A stretch of DNA of 64,000 nt, taken from assembly GCF_947568905.1 (NCBI RefSeq), contig NC_079167.1:43400001-43464000 (forward strand). The letters are read 5' to 3'. Both the position numbers and the translations under genes were made by a program. Positions 1 through 11,589 of the stretch are shown piece after piece. Source of the DNA: Ostrea edulis. Its lineage: Eukaryota. Position 1 is the first letter of the stretch. The number at the start of each line of letters is the position of its first letter. Under the pieces are notes generated by a model. That model was given only the letters and a program-made list of their open reading frames with translations, did no database searches and was not told the origin of the DNA.

Positions 1-598
1 CAATCAAAATGAAGCACACGTGCATGCGCGTGCAAATTGGTAATTTTGACCATGCATATCAGTTAACGGTCCCAATATCTACCTATGATATGAATTTCAA
101 GCCATTTCAATGAACAACAAAAAAGTTAGACTGATTCCAAAGTTAGTGTACAAATTTTGTAATGCGCGTGCACGCGCATGCTTATGCTTGCGCGTGCTGA
201 CAAAATAACTATTATTTTTCATATGTACAAATGATATACTATCATCCTATTTAGGTTTTATATCGCTTCCTTCAATATTCTGATTTTCCATTTTTTGTAC
301 CAAAATTGCAATGCACGTGCACGCGCGTGCATGCACGTGCAGACAAAATGACTATCACTATGCACATCTACAAACGCTATACTATCATCCTGGAAAGTTT
401 CATATCGATCGCTTTTGTAGTTTCTGAGAACACTACCGGACAAAAAAGTACCGGAGAAAAAGAATAATAATAATAATAAGAAGAAGAAGAAACAGAGTAA
501 AAACAATATGTTCCCAAACTTTGTTTGGGGAACATAATAATAATAAGAAACAGAGTAAAAACAATATGTTCCCAAACTTTGTTTGGGGAACATAATAA
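1..598 (+). mobile_element. Helentron-associated (HINE-like) non-autonomous element, 3' part, with duplicated terminal hairpin
   Basis: Near-identical to ~1528-2064; (AAT)n microsatellite then AAACAATATGTTCCCAAACTTTGTTTGGGGAACATAA hairpin end, present twice (~489-540, ~541-598). Confidence 0.6.
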
Positions 599-828
599 TT
601 AGCCAATCATACGTAATTATCATCCCGTAACAAAATCCCACTCTCGTAATTCGTACATGTATGTAAAATAAATACAATACGTAAATAAATTAAAGAAGTA
701 AATGTTAACACTTTAAAAACACACCAGCGTTTAATTAAACCGAATCTACAATCAAATCGTCCGCCAAAAATAACTACGGTAAAAATAGATCAATACACCG
801 TGATGCATCATGGGAAAAATACACAATT

Positions 829-1982
829 AAACAAGAGTATGGCGGCGGCAGAACGTTTGTAAACACGTGTACTATAAGATGCTAAAACACATCAATGACA
901 GGACGATAAAGGTAAATACAAACTAGTTCTAATTGTAACGGGGACCGTTACAGATGTTCCCCAAACCTCCCCCAATTAAAAAGTGATGTTGTTGTGAATC
1001 TATAGGAAAAAATCATTTTATTTTAGCCTTTAATTACATGTAGTACGTTCAATATGGTCATTTCAGTACCAAGAAATGAAAGAAAGCGTTGCACGTGCAT
1101 ACACGCGCACGCGTGTATGATTCCGAATTTCTGTTGATGTCGTTCAACAGGCATTTGTATCATATACCCACAGTATGAATTTCATAACGTTTCCACCAAA
1201 TATAAGGAAGTTATAGCGATTTTAAAATCGTCCAATCAGAAATCAGCACACGTGCATGCACGTGCTGAGCAGTAATTCTAACCACAGCAATTTGTAAGGA
1301 GTACCAAGATACATCTAAACCCCTAATATGAATAGAATTTGATGAAAAAACAAAAACGTTATCGTCCTTTAAAAATTGAACATTTAAAAAACGTTGTACG
1401 CGCATGTGCGTGTGCGTTGGCATTTTTTGTTAAACCAATATATAGATACACATATTGTCTACATATGCTGTGAATATCATCTCATTCGCTTCATAAATAA
1501 GATAGTTACATACGTTTTAGCATTATCCAATCAAAATGAAGCGCACGTGCATGCGCGTGCAAATTGGTAATTTTGACCATGTAAATCAGTTAAGGGTCTC
1601 AATATCTACCTATGATATGAATTTCAAGCCATTTCAATGAACAACAAAAAAGTTAGACTGATTCCAAAGTTAGAGTACAAATTTTGTAATGCGCGTGCAC
1701 GCGCATGCGTGCGCGTGCTGACAAAATAACTATTATTTTTCATATGTACAAATGATATACTATCATCCTATTTAGGTTTTATATCGCTTCCTTCAATATT
1801 CTGATTTTCCATTTTTTGTACCAAAATTGCAATGCACGTGCGCGCGCGTGCATGCACGTGCAGACAAAATGACTATCACTATGCACATCTACAAACGCTA
1901 TACTATCATCCTGGAAAGTTTCATATTGATCCCTTTTGTAGTTTCTGAGAACACTACCGGACAAAAAAGTACCGGAGAAAAA

Positions 1983-2015
<33 letters not shown>

Positions 2016-2064
2016 GAAACAGAGTAAAAACAATATGTTCCCAAACTTTGTTTGGGGAACATAA
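829..2064 (+). mobile_element. Helentron-associated (HINE-like) non-autonomous element, full length
   Basis: Starts TT|AAACAAGAG, degenerate ~150-bp internal subrepeats, (AAT)n, 3' hairpin GTTCCCAAAC/GTTTGGGGAAC, ends ATAA|TT; TT target and this layout match bivalve HINEs. Confidence 0.65.
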
Positions 2065-2284
2065 TTACGGGTTAACTCTATAACTATGCATTTACATGTG
2101 AAATAACATCCAATGTGTAATTAAATACCGCAACAATGATTGACATTAAAGATACACCATAGGACATAAAAGGGGGGGGGGTGATCGTTACAAATAATTG
2201 TATTATGTTTCTAAAATAGATATTCTCTGTCGTAAATCCTCGACTGATGTTGACATTATTACTAAATCATCTGCATACATTAAG

Positions 2285-2588
2285 GTCTCTACAGCCCAGT
2301 AGCTAAGTACTTCGTTACTAGCTTGAAAATACGGATGTATATTTAATTGCTGTTATAAAATTTAGAAATTCATTTCAAAATTAAGGATTATCTCCCTCAT
2401 GCATAGCTCTTATCCTTGGACGAATTTGGCTCCATTTTTTTAGCACGCTGTTTTTGGCTATATTTTGATCTAAAACTTCATAGTTATTTCGGATTTCAAA
2501 CATTTCGGTTGAGCATCACTGAAGAGACATTATTTGTCGAAATGCGCATCTGGTGCATCAAAATTGGTACCGTATAAGTTTTACATTA
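2285..2588 (+). mobile_element. Non-LTR retrozyme-like element, sub-monomer copy
   Basis: Homologous to 34687-35091; ends at the same ATAAGTTTTACATT; flanked by direct repeat TACATTAAG (2276-2284, 2582-2590). Confidence 0.75.
2513..2556 (+). ncRNA. Minimal type I hammerhead ribozyme
   Basis: Stem I GCAUCA/UGGUGC, CUGAAGA, stem II GACA/UGUC, GAAA, stem III AU/AU capped by palindromic GCGC, predicted AUC cleavage after 2550. Confidence 0.85.
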
Positions 2589-3971
2589 AGCATATATAAA
2601 GTGATACAGAATCTATACATTATTTGGAAATACATGTACAATGAATAGAGAGGGGTTTAGATTGTCTCCCTGTTTTATACCAAGGTAAATAAAAATGGTC
2701 CAGTAAGATTATCTCCAATTCTAACACATGCTTTGGAATATGCGATTAAAATATAAAAAATAATCATATGTAGGCCTTTTAAAGATAAATCACTAACAGT
2801 ATACATGCGTATGCACGGAATGATTTTCTAAATTTAAGGCAATAACATTCTACAAATTTGACATTCATTCTTTTTGGTATATTTCCAAATGATTTTCAGT
2901 TGAATGAGCACCATACCACACAGTCACTGACACACACGTCACAGTGTGAACTGAACTTATATGACCCACAGTATAAACATCCTAAATCATATGAATAAGG
3001 GTAACATGAAACGAAGCCATGTAAGGGTTTTTGGTTGTTTTGTTTTTTTGCATCTTGATAGCAAACATTTTCAAGGTTTATGAGCCAAAGCAATTATTAG
3101 AAAATGCTTTTTGCTTCCGCTTCTTCTGTAAGCTTATCTCTCAACTGAAATGAAAATATAACGAACTTTTGCATTGATGTAACCGGTTTTTTCTGTTACA
3201 AGATAGATGTACTCAACTTTGAATTACAAGCAAAGACCTCTCTTTTTGGAAAATCTCTCTCTCCCGTTCACAGTTGCTATGCGTCAATCGTTCCAAAAAT
3301 TTTCATATGATTTATATTTGATATAAGAAGTAGCAAGGGGTTCGGAATAATATCATTGATGGTGAGTGCAATTTCTTTTTAGTTACCATTCCTCTGAAAC
3401 TGCTACAAATTCTTGGTAGACTATCATTTAAAGAGGCGGATTTTCCAGATCTTCGCATTCCTCTTTATCTTTTCCTCACGTGGAGATCTAAAATAGATGG
3501 CTCCAGTCAAATAGACCATTGTAGTAATAAACGAAAAACGTATGATACTAGGCTGTTATTTGAAAAAGAAAATTTACCCCATCAATATATCTTACATGCC
3601 AAATTCCTCGCTAATTTCATTTTCTGGACCACGTCCACATCTGATAGGACTCGATTCACCCAGACCTTTTCAACTAATTACTTTCTCTTTCAAATTTAAA
3701 TATAATAACTAGGTAGATTTTGTCTGAACTTTATCCACATTATCCTTGAAAACAATGTAGTGTCAACATTTAGCTGGAGTCAATTCGTCATATGTGTCGT
3801 GTGGGATTGATCTGGACTACTATTAACTTTCCACTTTCAACTGTCCATTGAAACATGACCCGGGGTCAAAATACTATTACTTTGAGGTCATTTTTAACCA
3901 ATGTGTTTTCGACAACCAAAATTGGTCGCGGCCATCGGTTTAATTTTGACTTGGTTGTAAAACAAACTTAA

Positions 3972-6010
3972 TTGACCAGTAACCAGACCCTTGCCGACGA
4001 TTTCGTGCAGTTTTTCTACAGTAAAGTTGAAAAGAGCAGACAGGGTGTCGATGCCTCAGATCTCCATGACAATACAGCTTCTCCAGACCTGGACAGATCA
4101 GTACCCCATCTTGGTTCCGTCAAGATCCAGACGCAGGAAGAAGTGGACAAGGTCATCAGGAGCTGTCCTAATAAGACCTGCTCACTGGATGCCATCCCTA
4201 CTGTGCTCTTGAAGAACAGCACTGTTCTCTCTGTGGTGCTACCGACCATTACTGAGCTGGTGAATACACCATTCTCAACCGGGGTCTTTCCAAATGAGCT
4301 GAAACGGGCACTTGTTACACCACGTCTGAAAAAGCCTGGACTTGATATGAGAACTTTTAGTAACTATAGACCAGTATCAAATATCCCATTCATCAGCAAG
4401 GTCATCGAGCGTGTTGTTGCACAGAAGCTTAATAGCCATCTCACCAGGAATGGTCTACATGATGATCTGCAGTCACCTTATAAGACCGGTACTAGCACTG
4501 AGACAGCCATCCTGCGAATAAAAGCAGTCGTAGAAGCAATACTGGATGAAGGTGACGTTATGCTCCGGGTCCTTCTTGATCCAAGTGCGGCATTTGATAC
4601 TATCGATCATACCCTCTTGCTGGAGAGACTACGTGAGGAAGCTGGATTGACGGACACAGCACTCCGTTGGGTACAGTCTTACTTGAGTGGCCGCATCCAA
4701 GCGGTAAAGATTAACAACAATATGTCCTCAGATGTACCACTGTCCACCGGAGTGCCCCAAGGGTCTGTTCTCGGTCCCCTTCTCTTCCTGGTGTACCTTC
4801 TCCCACTCAGCAGAGTTATCAACCAATATGCCACAGATTGTCATGGGCTCGCAGATGACACTCAACTTTACAGCCGTTTGAGTGTAAAAAAAAACCCAAC
4901 AGCAACCCACTGCCATGCGGACCTATCAAGTCAACATTATGGAAGAATGCATAGCGAGTGTCCGAACTTGGATGACTGTGAACAAACTTAAACTAAACAA
5001 TGGAAAAACTTAGATAATGGTGGTTGCTAGTGCCCACAACCAGTGGTGTGTGAAGGATATCCGTCTGAAGATTGGTGAGGCAATATTGACACCTAAGTCT
5101 ACTGTTAAAACCTCAGTGCTGCCCTGGACACCACCTTATCAATGGAAATACAAGTCAGCTCCGTGGTAAGGAAGGTGTACTTCAACATCAGGAGAATATC
5201 CAAGGTGAAACACCATCTCACCCAGGAAGCGTTAGCGAACGTCATCAATGCAACAGTCATATCCCACCTTGACTATCACAATGCCCTCCTGCTTGGCATG
5301 ACCGACCGCCCCATGCACCGACTACAAGTGGCTCAGAACAACGCTGCACGTTGTCTCACAAGAACATGCTACAGACAACATACTAGTATTTTGCTGGTAC
5401 TTCAACAACTACACTGGCTGCCTGTAAAGCAACGTGTTGTGTTTAAAGTGCTGAAAACCATACATAAGTCACTGCACTCTTTCTCAGCACCAGCATACAT
5501 GAGAGAGTTATGTCCTGTTTACCAGCCACATAGGACCTTGAGATCATCATCCGACCAATGGAAACTGGTAGTGAAGAAATCATCAAACAAATACGGTGCA
5601 AGAGCCATAAAAACACTAGGTGCACAATTGTGGAATAAACTGTCACTGGAACTTCGAGAGCTTGAAGCTCATGGAGCATTCCACAAGAACCTAAAACACT
5701 CTTGTTCAAGCGTGAATATGCAATGTGAATGTGAAATGCAGTGCAGTATCAAGGATTCCATGTGCAAGCTCTGCCAAACTGAATTTTGATCCAACATATG
5801 AATACCTGTATGCCAATTGTATCTTCTCAAGTCAAAGTCAACCACTTTGTCATTTTACTACCATGTTTTATTTGAACTCTTTCTATTGTTTTATCATTTC
5901 CTTTATAGCTCTTGCAGGTCTTTTATTAGTATATTATCATTGATTATTAGCACAAATATTGTACAGCGCATAGGAACTATATGTAATTTTGCGTCTTATA
6001 AATGAATAAA
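3972..6010 (+). mobile_element. 5'-truncated, disrupted L2/CR1-group LINE (RT and C-terminus)
   Basis: NYRPVSNIPFISKVIE, LLDPSAAFDTIDH, GVPQGSVLGPLLF, ADDTQLY, LHWLPVKQR; frameshifts near the A-run (~4890) and ~5110 plus an internal stop; AT-rich tail near 6000. Confidence 0.9.
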
Positions 6011-6244
6011 ATAATAATTGTCTTTCCTCCTTTAATTGAAAGTAACATTGTAAATTGTAAAAGGCCCTATACAGTCAAGTGATGGCTGAGAGATTATAGA
6101 AAGTTCATGGCTTCACCATCCACCTGCAAAATAATATATACCTAAACCACAGAGTAACTATGCAATTGAATCATACGCTTGATAAATTCAAAGGAAGTAT
6201 TGTGTTTATGAGAATGAGTGATTTATATTCAGTTACCGGGAATC

Positions 6245-8027
6245 TTATGGTTTGCGACAGATGTGTGGTGGCGAATCAAACAGCGCGGCGGGAGCGTCGT
6301 CAAGATGTACGTCAGAAATGGTGTAAGCCATCGATGAATAAGCTACACATATAAAGAAAATATAAATAATTTTTTTTTTTAAGAAAATTAGTCGCCGTGA
6401 ACCAGTACATCACCGGTAAATAGCAAAACAAAATTATCGCGAATTAAAGTTGGGCTACAGTATATAATCCATAGTTTGGATCTGGGCTTATATGCATAGG
6501 ATGCAGAAGTGATAAAAGAATTAGATAGGTTACATGAGGAATATGTTTTGGTTCCAGCTCACAAAGCTTGTAACAACATTGTCTTTGTTTGTAAAGCTCA
6601 TTATTACAACTGTATTTTTAACAAACTTGGCATTTATTCCACTTCTGGTAATCATATTTATACTCCAACTGCCCTTTCAAAAATGAAATTCTTCAAAACC
6701 ATGCTTCAGTTTAGATTGGTTGGTTGGTTGGTTGGTTGATGTTTTCTGCCACACTCAACAATAATTCAGTTATCTGGTGGCGCCCAGTTTTTATTGGTGG
6801 AAGAGAGAACCCAGATACAATGTACCTTGGAAGAGACCACCGACCTTCCGAAAGTAAATGGGAAACTTTCTCACTTACCGGCGCGATCGGGATTCGAACC
6901 CGAGCCGACAGAGTTGAGAGGCCGTGTGATTTTGAGCAAGATGCGCTAACCACTCGGCCACGGATTTAATATCCCGGTCAATGGGTCGAATGAATATGGC
7001 TCTAAACTACATAAAAACCTTACAAACAAAGATACACTGTTGAATCCAGTAAGTGCTCTACCAAGCCCCTATCTTTGCTCCTCACGAAAATATTAACAGC
7101 TGTGAAGGAGAAAATTCAAACTTACTGTGCGACTACATATGCCAGAAGTGGTGACAATCAAATGTGGATTCTAAAAAATTCTAAAGATTTGAAATCGGAA
7201 AACTTTTTCTCAAATCAACAACATCAAAACGTATGACTTTTCAACACTTTACACGACCATTCCTCACGATAAATTAAAGACTAGACTTTTTGACATCAGA
7301 GACAGTTGCTTTTCAACAAAAGTGGAAAACGCAAATGTTTATATCTAGTGAGAATTCATCCAAAAAAATTACTTTGTTAAACACCACTCTGATTCCATGC
7401 ACAACTACTCTGAAGTTGAAATAAAAAAAATATGCTAGAGTTCCTTATTGACAATATCTTCGTGGTCTTTGGTGATAAGTCTTCAAACAGTCTGTTGGAA
7501 TTCCCAAGGGCACGAATTGTGTTCCTTTGTTAGCTAGCCTGTTCTTATATTTCAACAGTCTCGATTGAAGTCAGCATTTCGCAAATTCTATGGTCGTTAT
7601 GACGATCTAGTTCGTCAGTACAACCTCGCATTGGGTCAAATGCTGTCTGACGTGTTTCATACCGATTGTTAAGCCGTTCTTGGCACACTGATTTTGACTG
7701 CGGATAACTCCGTTTACCTGATCAGGATATAGGGCTCACGGCGGGTGTGACCGGTCAACAGGGGATGCTTACTCCTCCTAGGCACCTGATCCCACCTCTG
7801 GTGTGTCCAGGGGTCCGTGTTTGCCCAACTATCTATTTTGTATTGCTTGTAGGAGTTATGAGATTGATCACTGTTCGTTATCTTCACTTTGCATTCCTAT
7901 GAAGCAGAATTTATTAAAACACTTCTACGCTAGAAGAAAAAATATCTTGCTGTGGCATTCAATTCGACATTTAGATATATTTTATCTATTAACAATAATA
8001 ACTTTCAAATGGTCATTTATTATTGAT

Positions 8028-8077
<50 letters not shown>

Positions 8078-11000
8078 AGCGACACAAAATATATATATAT
8101 AGGCCAAGATGATTATGGGATAATGTGATATTAAATATGATTTCAAAGATCTAGATACATGTATGTTTACCATATATTTATGCTTGACATCAATAATGTA
8201 TACGTATGTTTTGTCATCATACATGTATATTCATATACATGTATAATAGTGTATATATTCATACGGAAATAAATATTGCAACACCAATAAAAAAAATGAA
8301 AATAATAACTTTTATTCATATGTTGATTCGATATATTCCTGTGACCTCGAAATAAAAGACACCACAGAGTTGTCCACTTCTGCTTCATACTTGGATATTT
8401 TATTGAATGTAGATATTAACGGCAAACTAACAACTGAAGTTTATGACAAACGGGATGATTTCAGTTTATCCAACGTTAACTTCCCATATTTATGTACCAA
8501 TATTCCATTATCACCTGCATATGGTGTTCATATCTCTCAACTGATTCGATACACAAGAGCTTGTTCTGCGTATGGTCAGCTTTTTAAATCGAGGCAGGCT
8601 GCTGACAAACAAGTTGATGTTACAGGGGTTTCAACAGTCTCGTTTAAAGTCAGCATTTCGAAAATCATATGGTCGTTATAACGATCTAGTTCGTCATTAC
8701 AACCTATCATTGAATCAAATGCTGTCTGACGTGTTTCATGCCGATTGTTAGGCCATTCTTGGCACACTGATTTTTATTACGGATAACTCCGGTCAAGAAT
8801 GGATGCTTACTCCTCCTAGGCATCTGATCCTACCTCTGGTGTGTCCCAGGGGTCCGTGTTTGTCCAACTGCCTATTTTGCATTGCTTATAGGAGTTATGA
8901 GATTTATCACTGTTCTTTATCTTCACCTTTTCATAAATCGATTCCATATAAAATAATAGACACCACAGAGATTTTCCCATCTGCTTCACATTTGGATATT
9001 TTAATATCAACATATTTTAACATCAACATATTTTAATAAACACAGACATTAACGGCAAACTAACAACTTAACTTGATGAGAAACGGGATGATTTCCGCTT
9101 TTCCATCGCCAGCTTCGCATACATATTCTATTGTCATCTGTATTTTGTGTTTATGTCTCTCAACTGATTCGATACGGAAGTTAATGCTAAATGACTTTCA
9201 ACTGTCTCATTTAACATGGGTAATTTGCAAACTTTATGGTGGTTATACTAATCTTGATTACAAATAAAGGTCGAATTTGCAAATACAAACTGGCTGAATG
9301 TTGTCTGACGTATTTCATACCAATTTACATACTGATAATGGCTACTAATTACTCCGTTTTACTGATTAAAGACGAAGGTCTCACGATGGGTGTGACCGGT
9401 TAGCAGTGTATGTTTACTCCGCCTAGACTCCTGATCCATCTCTGGTGTTTTCAGGGGCCCGTGTTTACCCTACTCTAGATTTTGTATTATTTATAGGATG
9501 ATGAATTTAATCACTGTTCACTATGTTGATTTTCCATTCTAACATCGATAACATCGGAGAACACACAATATTCGTAGACTTCCAACTTGTAGCGAAAGGA
9601 TGTGTTAAAATCATTTGAATATATGTATCATTTTTATTATATACTACTCAAAATTTGATAAGGATCATAGATATTTTTCTGTTTAAAAAATTATTAACTG
9701 CATAACTGGCAATGTTGTGTCCAAGTGAAATCAAAAACGTCTTCAACAAACTTGCACGTGCATTTCCTGCCATGGGAAATGCGTTTCTCATCACAGTTTA
9801 TGCTTTTGCTACCTTTGCACGATTTTCACTCAGGCATCGTTGTCTGATTCTTTCTAAAATTTCAAACTCACTTGAGTGTTTACACAACGTTTATCAATAC
9901 AATGCCCCCTCAACGTGTAAGGCGTCGCCTGACGACAGAACAACTGGGCAGATGTATTGGAATGCTTGACGCTGGCTATTCACAACGTGACATTGCAAAT
10001 GCACTAAACGTCAGCCAGAGCGTTGTACACAGGGCCTGGAACCGACAGCAAACTTTTGGTACAGCAGCACACCGACATGGGGGTGGTCGTCAGAGGTCGA
10101 CAACCCAACGCCAAGACCATTTTGTGGCTATTCAGGCACGACGCCATCCCTTCTGGACAGCAACCAGCCTACGTAACGACCCCCTGAACGCCTCGGGGGT
10201 GAATGTGTCCACTTAGACGATACGGAATCGGCCTCACAATGCAGGTCTCATTTCGAGAAGGGCATGTGTTCGAGTCCCTCTGACTGTTCGACACCGGCGG
10301 GAGCGATTGGACTTGGCTGAAGATCATGTCACTTGGACACAGAACGATTGGGTTTAAGTTCTGTTCACCGATGAGTCCAGGTATTATTTGAACTTTACAG
10401 ACAGAAGGCACCGAGTGTGGCGACGACAACGTGAACGTTTCCATGATGCTAACATCAATGAACATGACTGTTATGGTGGTTGTTCCATCATGGTCTGGGG
10501 TGGAATCAGTAGGGATGGAAGAACAGATCTTCATGTCCTGGAGAGAGGAACAATGAAGGGGGTGCGGTACCGGGATGAGATCCTCGAAGTTTACGTCAGA
10601 CCCTACGCTGGTGCTGTTGGCCCTGAGTTCATCCTGATGGATGATAACGCCCGTCCTCATCGCACCAGGGTGGTGGAGCAGTACCTTCAGCAGGAGACAA
10701 TTGTCCGTATGGACTGGCCAGCGCGCTCGCCGGACTTGAACCCGATTGAGCATGTATGGAACATGCTGCAGGTTGCCCTTTCACGCCGTAGAGCACAACC
10801 CACGACTTTGGCAGAGCTCGGAAATTAACGCCCTCGTGGAAGAGTGGAACAACCTTCCCATTTGAAACATCCGGGTGCTTATTGACAGCATGGCTCGCGT
10901 TGTCAAGCCGTCATTGATGCAGGGGGAGGCCATACCCGGTATTGACACTTCATCGACTAAGTGTAATGATGGACTATCCCCAAAAACTGTGTAATTCTTT

Positions 11001-11544
11001 CTCTGGTTTGCTGTTAACTTTTTGTAATGAAATGCCTTTTGGTGTTGTTATCAGATTTCAAGCATTCCGTATTGATAAAAGTTCATGCCGTTCATGAATT
11101 TTTATTCATAACCTGAGTAACCACGTTTCTGAGTCAAATTTGTCTTTTGTTATGTTAGTGGTATATTAAACACATATAACCTAGTGATCCTTATCAAATT
11201 TTGAGTAGTATATTAGTATACCCAGTGATCACATAATGTGACTATGTATGTCTACATCTAGAAGCGGTTATGTACCCTCCCACCATTTAAGATGACAAAA
11301 TCGGTATCTGTAATTGTATACTAAATACCTCCATTCAGAAATCCATGTTCTGCCTGCAGCACGGGAATACAGTTCCCGGGAGAGGTCTCCGTCAACATCC
11401 GGTAATTAACGATATCAGTTCCGGGAATAGAGTAACGCCATGTCTGTATATTTAGTGGGTTCTCAGGAGATCCAATGTAACCAGAGGACATCAGTGTTGC
11501 ATCAGCTATATAAATAGATGTATAGTGATGGAATAATTCTTACT

Positions 11545-11589
<45 letters not shown>

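Noticed and set aside
258-2033. Duplicated hydrophobic ORFs 258-677 and 1779-2033
   Set aside because: Antisense translations of the repeat's (AAT)n and hairpin end.
3100-3870. Possible L1/Tx1 C-terminal remnant on the minus strand
   Set aside because: Only weak, frame-broken resemblance; cannot be supported without a search.
9541-9600. Possible alternative EPDR-A exon 5 (VYEYCVFSDV) on the minus strand
   Set aside because: Poor acceptor context, runs into a Naiad tail and has no terminal F..P..C motif; the exon at 6342-6245 fits far better.
10169-10753. 194-aa minus-strand ORF
   Set aside because: Antisense shadow of the Tc1 transposase.
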